The position numbers and the translations under genes were made by a program. From assembly GCA_964247055.1 (NCBI GenBank), contig OZ176057.1, positions 930,001 to 994,000 on the forward strand: a stretch of DNA of 64,000 nt. Direction: 5' to 3'. This DNA is from Paragordius varius (taxonomy: Eukaryota > Animalia > Nematomorpha). Below the pieces are notes generated by a model. That model was not told where the DNA came from, searched no databases, and worked only from the letters and a program-made list of their open reading frames with translations. Below, in pieces: positions 12,050-24,000 of this stretch (position 1 is the stretch's first letter; each line of letters begins with the position of its first letter).

Positions 12050-15000
12050 GTAAAATAATAAATAATTTATGTAAGGCGGATCACTTGTTAAAATTGTCTA
12101 TCTTGTTAATGTGCCACGCAAAAAAATTAATTATGACAGCAATGCAAATACTGATGGTATGGCTATGGTATGTTAAAGCTTTTTACTTTATATTAATTTT
12201 TTATATCATTATCTTTTTTCTATTTATTTTAGCTTAAATATTATATGAAATGGAATTTTTATCCAGATAATCGTTTTTTTTATTTTTAGAGTTTTTTAAA
12301 AATTTGCCGGTTAATTACATAATTATGTTACCAAAATTAATTGACTTTATTTTTGTATCCAAAAAACATTGTTAATCCTGTTTTATATCTAAAACAAAAT
12401 AAAATATTTTTATTTAAAGCAATTCCATAAACCGAAGAGCGTTTTTGATTTTTTTATTAACCTAAAAAAAGATCTTTCATTTAATATACCATTTATGATT
12501 TAAATTCACCTTTGAACAATTCGAATGGACCCTATAAATAAATTATGTGTTCTCGCTAACATAACTCATATTTAATATAAAATATATCTTTATGGCTTAT
12601 TTATTATTTTTTCGGTATTATTTTAATTACAAACAAAATTTAATTTTTAGAAATATGAATATGGGTAATATTTAATCTTAATAATCACATAATTTATTGT
12701 AATATGTTCGTGAGTGAATTTGTGTTTCCAAGGGTAGTTTGAATTGTTTGAGGGTGAATTTGAAGTGTAAATGGTATTTTTTTCTAACATAAAAATCTCT
12801 AAATAATTATCATTATGTTAAAAAAAAACGAAAATTATTTGAAATTTTTTTTTATATCTTGTAAATCCAAATGAAAGAGTATATTAACCAATTATTTTCC
12901 TCTTTTGTACAAATAAAAACCACTAATTATCTCGTAAAAATTGAAAATTCTAAAGATAAAATGTCAAAATAAACTTGGATGAATTGATTTGATACATACT
13001 TTTTAAAACCTTGCAAATTTGAAATATACCATTTACACCTCAAATTCACCCTTAAACAATTCATATTCACCCTAAAATAAATTATTTATTTTTTTAAAAT
13101 AAATACCTATTTAAAATCAAAATAATACTGAAAAAATAATAAACTAAACCATAAAGATATATTTGATATAAGGAATGAGTTATATTAACCTGAAAACACA
13201 TACTGTGTTTATAGGATAAATTTGAATTGTTCAAGGGAATTGTTCAAGGGTGAATATGAATTGTAAATGGTATATATTGAATGCCTTAAACCAATATACA
13301 TTTCTATTCCATATTTTTTGCAATTCAAAACGATAAAATTTACCATTAAAAATATCACGATTTATAATATGGTTGTCTCTGTTATTGTAAAAATAGTCTT
13401 TAAGTTTCTTTAAGTTTTACTGTAAATTTTTTTATTTAAAAAATTCTAGCTTTTTTAAAATATAATACGGGATCATTTATGATTTAAATAATATAAGTTG
13501 TTATATAATAGGTCATTTTTTCTCTATACAGTAGCGTATGTAAAAAAACACCATTTGTCCATAATTTAATAAACATGATCAAAATTGCAGGGTGCAGTAA
13601 AAATTGTTTAATTTTAATCACTTGTTCTTTTTATTCATACGATGCTGTATTGCCAATTAGCCAACATTGCACTGTTACTGTTTTATAAAATAATCCCTTA
13701 GTTTGGAAATAAAATTTCATAAAAAAATTTCTACTTTAATATACCATATACAGTTCAAATTCATTCTTGAACAATTCAAAATCACCCTAAAAATAAATTA
13801 TGTGTTTTCGAACTAATATAACTCATTATTAATATAAAAAATTATTTTTATGGTATAGAATATTATTTTTCAGTATTATTATAATTTTTAACAAAATTAT
13901 TTTGTTTAAAATGTATAAACAGGTAATTTTTAATCTTAAAAAATATATGATATATTTGAGGTTGAATTTGAATTGTTTTTGAATTGTTTATGGTTGAAAT
14001 TGAATCGTTCAAGGGTGAATTTGAATTGTTTAAGGGTGAAATTGAATTGTTTAAGGGTAAATTTGAATTGTTTAAGGGTAAATTTGATTCGTTTTCGAGG
14101 GATAATTTGAATTGTTCAAGGGTGAATTTGAATTGTACAAGGGTACATTCGATTTGTTTTCGATTGTAAATTTGAATTCGAGGGTGAATTTAAATTGAAG
14201 GGTGAATTTAAATTGTTTTATGGTGAATTTGAATTGTTCAAGGGTAAATTTAAAATGTTCGAGGGTAAATTTGAATCGTTCGAGGGTGAATTTGAATTGT
14301 TTGAGGGTGAATTTGAATATGTTGAAGGTAAATTGGAATTGTTCAAGGGTTGATATGAATTGTTTAAGGGTGAATTTGAATTGTTTAAGGGTGATTTGAA
14401 TTGTTTTAAATTGTTCAAGGGTAAATTTGAATTGTTTAAGGTGAATTTATATTGTTTAAGGGTGAATTTGAATTGTTTAAGGGTGAATTTTAATTGTTTG
14501 ATTTGAATTGTTTAATGGGTGAATTTGTAAGGGTAAATTTGATTTGTTTTTGAGGGTGAATTTAAATTGTTTTCGAGAGTGAATTTGAATTGTTCGAAGG
14601 TATATTTGAATTGTTCGAAGGTAAATTTGAATTGTATAAGTGTGAATTCGAATCGTTTAAAGGTGAATTTGAATTGTTTAAGGATGAATTTGATTTGTTT
14701 TTGAGGGTGAATTTGAATTGTTCGAGGGGGAATTTGAATTGTTCTATGGTGAATTAGAATTGTTTGAGGGTAAATTTGAATTGTTCAAGGATGATTTTGA
14801 ATTCTTTAAGTGTGAATCAAAAATGTTTAAGGGTGAATTGGACTTGTTTAAGGGTAATTTTTAATTGTTCGATGAATTAATTGTGTAAGGGTGCATTTGA
14901 ATTGTTTTCGAGGGTGAATTTGAATTGTTTGAGGCTAAATTTTAATTGTTTTCGAGGGTGAATTTGAATTGTTCAAGGGTGAATTTGAATTGTAAAAGGG

Positions 15001-18000
15001 TAAATTTTAATTGTTTAAGGGTGATTCAGAATTTTTTAAGGGTTATTTGGAATTTGATTTGTTTCTGTGTAAATTTAAATTATTCAAGGGTAAATTTGAA
15101 TTGTTTAAGGGTGAATTTAAAGTGTTTAAGGGTGTTTCTGAATTCTTTAAGGGTGAATCTGAATTGCTCAAGGGTAAATAAGAATTGTTTTGGGTGAATT
15201 TGAATTGTTTAAGGGTGAATTCGAATTGTTTAAGGGTGAATATAAATTGTTCAAGGGTGAGTTTGAATTGTTTAAGGGTGAATATGAATTGTTTAAGGGT
15301 GAGTTTGAATTGTTCAAGGGTGAATTTGAATTGTTTAAGGGTGAAATTTGTATTGTTTAAGGGTGAATTTGAATTGTTTAAGGGTGAACTTGAATTGTTC
15401 GAGGGTAAATAATTTTCAAGGGTGAATTTGAATTGTTTCAGAATGAATTTGAATTGTTAAATGGGTGAATTTGAATTGTTTCGAGGGTGAATTTGATTGT
15501 TTGAGGGGGGAATTTGAATTGTTCAAGGGTGAATTTGAATTTAAGGGTTGATTTATTTGAGGGTGAATTTGAATTGTTCAAGGGTGAATTTGAATTGTTT
15601 AAGAGTGAATTAAAATTATTCAAGGGTGTATATGAATTAGGGTAAGTTTGAATTGTTCAAGGGTGAATTTGAATTGTTCAAGAGTGCATTTAAATTGTTC
15701 GAGGGTGAATTTGAATTATTCAAGGGTGTATATGAATTAGGGTAAATTTGAATTGTTCAAGGATGAATTTGAATTGTTCGGGGTGAATTTGAATTAATGT
15801 TATATTTTCTTTAAATTTTCCTGCATCACAGTTGGAAGAACAAGAAGTTATGGGGACTCAATTACATTTTGTTAAATTCGAAACGAAATGTATTGAAGCA
15901 TGTTTGGAGTTTATTCAAAGGCATTTACAAGCCATAAATAATCAGGACAAGCTGATAAAATTTGATTCAAAACAAAAAGTGCTTAAAGCTACAGGAGGTG
16001 GTGCCTACAAATACATTGATTTAATACGAGAACGATTAAATTTTACGTAAGTTTTTTTTCTGCATGTCTTTTTATTTTGGCGAAGTTTTAGAAGTGTTGA
16101 AATTTTTAGAGTGTTTTTACTATTATATATTTTGGTGTAATTTTATGGCAAATTAAACATAATTCATTTAACATATTGATTCGGTAATAGTTTTAATATT
16201 AATTTTATTAAAAAAAGGAACCTATTTTTAAAATGTCTCTTAACTACTATATATATTTTGTAATTTTATGGCAAAGTGTGCATTTTATAAAGCTAGGCTT
16301 TCATTTTATACATTAATTTGATAGGAGAGCGAATAAATTTTACGTAAGTTTTTTTTGCATGGTTTTTATTTTGTTGAATGTGGAAAAGGTTTAAAAGTTA
16401 AAAATAGTTTTTGTTAATAAAAGTTTCTAATTTTGGTGTAATTTTATGGCAAAGTGAGCATTTTATAAAGGTATCAGAATACAGCACATTGCATGGTTTT
16501 TATTTTGGCAAGTTGTTTGAAAAAGTTTTTAGAATGTTTTTATACATTTTGGTGTAGGACAAATTTTTTTTTAAATGACACAACCATACTTTTTTAAACC
16601 CTAATTTATCCTATAAAAATCATTATATTACAGTCGTATTTAAAATGGATTGTGTTACCAATTTACATCTCTATTTTATACCTATTTGCAATTTAAAACA
16701 ATCAGTAATATTCAAAAAAATCAAAATTAAAATGTCTTATATTATTACGGTTTGTTCGTAAGAATTTAAAATATATATATGGAAAAAATTAGATGTTTTG
16801 ACACAAGTTTATTATCAAAATAAATATTTTTATAAATCTAATTTATCATACAGTAAAAATTGAAATTATACGGATGACAAAACGTAAAATTATAAATAAA
16901 TATTTTAATTATTTAACAGACAACCATGCTTTTTTAAACCTCTTTAATTTTTCCCTTTTACAAACAAACACACGAATTAATTACAATTGTTGTAAAATAT
17001 ATAAAAGTGACTTCGTTACCAATTAACATATCTATTATGCTCTCCCTACATTTCAAACAAAAATTAAGATTTAAAAATCTTTTGTTCTTTTAAACAAATA
17101 AATTTTTTTAATCTTTACATTTTACGTTTATTTCAATTTCTTGCAGATATAAACTTAGATTTTTTGCTAATATACAGTCATGTATCCTTTATTTTATCAA
17201 AAATTTATTTTATTTTTTTCGTTAAATGGGGGTGGTATAAATATTTGGTAAAGAATGTGGAAATAACAAGAGCTCTATGGTAATTCTAATACTTTTTTGA
17301 TGAATATAATATATTGTTAATACCATAGAACTGCTTGTTTTTTCCATTCTCCAAATATTTACCATTTAACAAAAAAATAAATAAATTTTTGATAAAATAA
17401 AGGATACATGACTGTATATATATACCATTTTTCAAATACACCCTCGAACAATTCAAATTCACCTTTAAGCAATTGATATTCCTTGAACAATTCAAATTCA
17501 CCCTAAAATAATTTTTGTGTTTAAAATTAAAAATTACCGATATTTTTTCAAATATTAATGAAATAAAATTTTGTTTAAAATTATTATAATACTGAAAAAA
17601 TAATAAACTATGCCCTAAGAATATATTTTATATTAAAGATGAGTTATATTAGCCTGAAAAGACATAATTTATTTCAAGGTGAATTTGAATTGTTCTAGGG
17701 TGAATTTAAATTGTTCAAGGGTGAATTTGAATTGTTCAAGGGTAGATTTGAATTGTAAATGGTATATAACGATTTCTAATTTTTTTTAAACTTTTTTTCA
17801 AACTTTTTTTTACCATAGCATAGAACGCGAAGATGAGATGGATTGTTTAGTGTTAGGGTGTAATTTCTTGCTTAAACACATTCCTGATGAAGCCTTTTAT
17901 TACCATAAGAATGGGACGCCAGAATACGAATTTCATAATATTGTTGTAACAACTTCTCCACCTCTTAAAAATAAAAGTAAAAGTAAAACAAAGAATAATA

Positions 18001-21000
18001 GAAATTCATTAGAACAAATCTTGAATGATGATAGAAAGTTTGAACCTACTAAACAGAATCTTAATTATAAAGAAAACATTTTTGAATCAAAACAATTCGA
18101 GTCGAAAAATCCTGAAAATTCTAAAGAAAAAATGCTTGAATCAAAACTATTTGAGACTGCTAAACAAAATCTTAAAAAACCTAATGAAAAAATGCTTGAA
18201 TCAAAATTTGAGACGAATAATCTTGAACATTCTAACGAAGTAAACTCTAAATCAAAATTTGAGCCTGCTAAAAATAATCTTAATTCTAACGAAAAAATGT
18301 CTGATTTCAAAAACTTAGAACCTAAAAATTTTGTTGAACATTCTAAACAAGTAATCTCCGAATCAAACCAATTTGAACATACTAAACAGAATCTTGAAAA
18401 TTGTAAAGAAAAAATATCTGATATGAAAAACTCAGAACCTAAAAATTTTGTTGAACATTCTAAAGAACTAAACTCCGAATCAAAACCATGTGAGGCTAAA
18501 AATTTTAGCAATTTTGACGTTAAAAAAGGTCCTGAAAACACTGAGAAAGAAAATAGTGAGAAATCTGCCAACAATATATTGTATCCATATCTGCTTGTAA
18601 ATATTGGATCTGGCGTTAGTATTCTAAAGGTAAGACAAGTATGCAATAAGTTTATATGTTTTAAATCAGGTGTAACCAATATGCAGCCTTCTATATTATT
18701 TTAGAAAATTTTTAAGGATGAAATTTTACGAATGCCAAGTAAAAAAAATTTTTTAAACACAATATTTGAAGGAAGCCAAGTAAAATTAAGTTTGGTGAGA
18801 ATTAGTAGGAAAAAAATGTTTAGATAATTAGGATTTTTAAATCTTTCCTATGTTTGAAATTTACCATTTACAATTCAAATTCACCCTCGAACAATTCAAA
18901 TTTACCCTAGAAATAACTCACCCTAAAAATAAATTATGTGTTTTCGTGCAAATATAACTCATATTAATATGATATCTTTTTGGCCTAGTTTACCGATTTT
19001 TCAGTATAATTTTAATTTTAAACAAAATTTCATTTCTTAAAAAGATATGGGTACTTTTTAATCTTAAAAAACACATATTTTAGGGTGAATTTGAATTGCT
19101 CATGGGTGAATCTGAATTCAAGGGTCAATTTGAAGTGTAAATTGTATATTTGCAAGTTATAATCGTTCAAAGATGAAACAGTATTATAAAAAAATCATTT
19201 TTTATGTAAAAAATATTTTTTTCTTCAAATATATCTAATGCGGATATTCATTACTTTACTTTACTATTGTAAGATGATAATAATTAATTATATTAATATA
19301 TGTTTTTATGTTTTAAAAAAAATTTAAAATTTTATTATAAAATTTTATTTATGTCAAAATGTTGTAAAAATTTTTATAAAACAAAATTTTATAGGTTGAA
19401 AGTGAAACTGAATACAGTCGAATAGGGGGTACTTCAATGGGTGGTGGAACTTTTTGGGGTTTAGGATCTCTCCTTACAAGCGCTAAAGTAATAATAATTT
19501 TTTTTTCTTTTAATAGCAAAATTATCACCTTTATATCACCTTTATACGCTATTTTCTCCTTTCAAAGGAGGTAAGCGTGTTAGAGTTTTCCATTTGTTTC
19601 TATCTTGAGCTTGTTCGATATCGATACTAAGGGAATCTAGGTCTTCTTGAATGGTGGATTGCCAGGTTTTATACGGTCTTCCTTTTTTGTTTTTATTATT
19701 GGTTGAATAAGACTGTATGAGCTTGATCCAGTTTGTGTCTTGCGCTCTGTAGATGTGACCAGCCCAACGCAAGCGGTATTCCCGGATAGCTGTATTAATT
19801 GGTTTAATTTTTAGAGTTTGATAGGGGCAGCAAAATTTGGCTTGGAAATTGTATATGTTAGGGTTATGTGCGAAAAGAATGGCGTTTAGGATCTTTTGCT
19901 CACCCTTTTGCAGTAATAGTAGATTTGATTTAGTCATAGGCCATGTTTCCGTACCATATAGTATAGCAGGACGTATAGCCGTCATAAAAATTTTTGCCTT
20001 TGAGCTGAGTAAAACGTACTTATTGTTTACTATTGTGCGCAGACTATGATATTTTTTCCAGGCGGCTTTGATTCTATGCGATAAGGCCGATTCTATACCA
20101 CCACCAGCATCCAAAGTATCGCCTAGATATGTAAATTTGTCGACAATTTCGAATGAAGTGGAGGGTTCGGGGGATTCTATGGTTAATGTATTTGTTGTAG
20201 TGCACGAGGGGCAGATAAAGTTTTTATTATCATATAAACTTTTTAAAGTGGAGCATTTTTTATGTACCCACTTTAAACATTTGTTACACTTTATTGAGTT
20301 TGACTTTACATTTAATGAGCACACGGAGCAGGGCCATTTTATTGTCCTGTTTTCATCGCACATTAGTTTAGTCTTTGATGTATTTACCTTCAAACCGAAT
20401 TTACTAAGGGTATCCTTCCATAAATTTAACTTTTCCATTAATTCCGGTGCAGATGTGGCGCATAATATTAAGTCATCAGCGTACAGAAGTTCAAAAGGTA
20501 AGCCTTTTCGTATGTCTTTTGTGATCTCCTCCATAATTAGAATAAATAAAAGGGGGCTTAATATAGAACCTTGGTGTAGGCCGTTTTTAAGTGGGATGGG
20601 GTTCGTATCGCCAACGCTTGTACGGATTACAGTTGAGGTGTTCTTATATAGTGCTTCTATTATTTGTATCATATTTTCCTCTATACCTTGCCTTCTGAGG
20701 GACCAAGCAATCAGGTGTTGCGGGACTGAGTCGAAAGCCTGTTCCAAGTCTACAAACGCATAGTGGAGAGGAAGATTTCTCAGGTGAGCATTTTGTAATT
20801 GGCGGATTATAAATATTGCGTCTATAGTACCCTTGTTTTTTGAAAATCCAAATTGCATAGAATCTATGGTGCAGTGTCGACGGATTCTGTTGGCTATCAG
20901 ATTTTCAAATATTTTAAAACCATGTTCTAAGATGCGTATGGGACGGAAGTTGGAAACGTTAAAACGATCTCCTTTGCCCTTATAAATTGGAATTGTGTAG

Positions 21001-24000
21001 CTTTTCAGCCAATCACAGGGTATGATATTATTTAATGCTATGTTGTTCGCAAGATTTTTGAAATAGTCCAAAAATAAATTATGATCTAGGGCTTTGAATA
21101 CATCATTTGTGATTTCTGATAAACCTGGGCATTTATTACTTTTTAAATTCTTTAAACAAAATTCTATTTCATCATTAGTAAATGGTTGAAATAAAGAATA
21201 TGTTGGTTCGTGATTTCCACAGGTATTTTAGGTTTATTAAAAATATTAAAAAAGTGGTTATACCATGTGGCTTTTATAACTTGGGCGTCGTGGGTTATAC
21301 TATTATCGGGTAATCAAATTGCATTTGTTTCGGCCCTTATATTATTATCATATTTTACCCATCTATATACAGATTGAGAAGATATGGCATTTTCTAGTTC
21401 CTTCCCTTTTTCTTCACCCATTTTTCTCATCGATGCTCTGATCGCTTTACGGCAATCTTTCTTTGTTTGGAGGTAATTTATTTTGCTGTCAGCACTTTTT
21501 TCTTTTTTCCATTTTTGGAATGCAGATTTCTTTTTCTTAATTATATCTATCAGGGATATTTGCCACCACCATTTAAATGCTTTTTTATTATTAGATTTCA
21601 TTCTCCCAACATTCTTCTCTAGTGATTCAATGCAGCTATATTTTAAGGAATTCCAGAGGTGTTCCGGAGAGGTTGTTTTTAATTTAAGGGAACTTTCCGT
21701 GTCGAGTTTCAATCTATTATTGATATTATTATCGACTAATTTTTTATATCTAAATTTAGGTTTATTTTGTCCAATGGGTGATTGCGTTGATGTAGATTTA
21801 TATAATTCAGCAATAATGAGTTTGTGCTGTAGTTCTAGAGCGGGGATAGATCTAATATTTTTAAAATGGGATTTGTTTTCTTTTCTTGACATAATTATGT
21901 CAATCATCGAGCGATTTGTGCCGGATATATAGGTTATCAAGTTATTATCATTTTTTTTAAAAAAGGTGTTAATGATGGATAAATTATTATTACTTGCGAA
22001 ATCTAATAATATTTTACCATTTTCATTTAAATCATCCATTCCAAAACCTCCATGTACTGAATGTAAAGATTCTTTACCAAAGTGAGAGTTTAGGTCACCC
22101 CCAATAAATATGAAATCAGTGTGTGGAATAGCAGTGACTTTTTCATATAAAGCCAACCAGAATAAATCCTTACAGTTTGAATCACAATTGATTTGTGGGG
22201 CGTATGCTGATAAAATATGAAAGATTTTTTTGTTGATTTGAATTTTTAATACTAATAATCTTTCAGAACAGTAATCGATGGATATGATATTGGATAAAAT
22301 GGAATTTTTGACATAAACTCCGACACCTGATGAACGGCCATTAGATCCAGACCAGAATAATTTATAATCTAGAATGTTTTTGGAACCAGTGTTCTTCCAG
22401 CGAGTTTCTTGGACGCAACATATTTCGATGTTCTTGGAGAAGAGCAAAGCTGCTATTTCCTGACTCCTTCTGGTTAAAGATGTTATATTCCAAGTGGCCA
22501 GACGAATGATATGATTAGTATGGAGTGTGGGATTCGAACACATATTATGTTTCGTTATAATGTAATGATATGATAAGAACAAGCAAAAAGCGAGAAAGAA
22601 AAGTGAATTAGCGATAAAATACTGAAGTAAATTATGGAGCAACCGTTTTTTACGCCGTGTATGCCCTTACTAACCGGCAACCAGAGAATCTGGAGAAAAG
22701 TAAATAAACGATTAAAGAAAGATGGTGGTTACAGCTGTAAAAGCGAATGAATGATGTTTATTTCTAATAGCAAAATTATGATAAAATATACTTTTTTTTG
22801 CAGGTGAGAGTGAGTTTTTAAGAATAATTTGATTTAAATATCAACAGCTGTATTAATAATTTTATTTATGAATAAATTTTGTGAAAAACTTGTGGTTTTT
22901 AACTAAAAAGATAAAACAAAATATAAAATTTAAAGTATTAAATTGTTTTTACGGTTTCACTCATAGATTACTGAATATTTTTATTCATTTAATTTATCAT
23001 TAAATTATCAAAAAATTGCCTTTTTTCTTGTTTTTTCAAATCAAATCCTAAGGATTTGATTTTTGGGAAAGTTAAAAGGAAAAAGAAAAAGGAATATTAA
23101 GATGGCTGGATATTGTAAAGAAGAAATCACTGATTATTTAATTTTCAAGGGAACTCGACCTTATAAAATACCTACCTACTCCTTGCCTCTTTTATAATTT
23201 CCAAAAATGGGCTCTTTAGAGTTTTACCAATTATTATGATTATTCATCAGAAATCCATCATTTTCTCTGTATGAGGTTTATTTTGACAAATTGTTACAAT
23301 TAGCAGACCAAGGCAATCATATTACATTAATATAGCAATAAATCTGTTAAGTTTTTTTCAAAAACACCAAATTGCTGTATATAAACTATAAAATTTGGGT
23401 TTTTTTCGAGTAAAACCAATTATTTTGAGTTTTTCTAAAAAACCAATTATTATTCTTTTTACTCCCCAAATATTAGGGTTTCGATGAATTGCAATTAGCT
23501 GTCTAAGACCATCATACATTAATATAACAATAAATCTATTTTACTTTTTTTTAAAAAACCAAATTATTTTATATAAACTATAAAATTTAAGTTTTGCAGG
23601 GTTCTACCAATTATTTTTGAGTTTTTTTCTAAAAAACCAGATGTTATTCTCTTTACTACCCATAAAATTAGGGTATTGATGAATTGTTTTAATTAGCTGT
23701 CCTAGGCGATTAAACCTTAATATAGCAATAAAACTGTTTAAGTTTTTTAAAAAAAACCAAATATTGCTTTATATAAATTATAAAATTTGGGTTTTCCAGG
23801 GTTCTACCAATAATTTTCTTTACCCTACAATAATTAGGTTTTTGACGAATTGTTACAATTAGCTGTCCAAGGCGATCATATACATTAATATAGCAATAAA
23901 TCTCGTTAAGAATATTAAAATAAAGTATAAAATTTGAATTTATTTTTAGAGTTTTTTTAAAAAACCAATTGTTTTACTCAAAACATAGGGTTTCGATGAA

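Noticed and set aside
11971-12237. The 88-aa ORF as a complete small membrane protein
   Set aside because: It is PANK4 exon 1 read through the 26-nt intron into the wrong frame
13960-15795. CRISPR-like interpretation of the regular repeats
   Set aside because: Units are head-to-tail with no unique spacers, there are no cas genes, and the DNA is intron-containing eukaryotic sequence
21314-21316. TGA recoding or a non-standard genetic code to explain the LINE in-frame stop
   Set aside because: PANK4 terminates at TGA, host Trp codons are TGG, and the LINE also has a frameshift, so ordinary decay explains it
18065-21932. Long antisense ORFs 18065-18679, 20068-20763 and 21483-21932
   Set aside because: Shadows of the PANK4 insert and LINE coding strands, with no recognisable motifs
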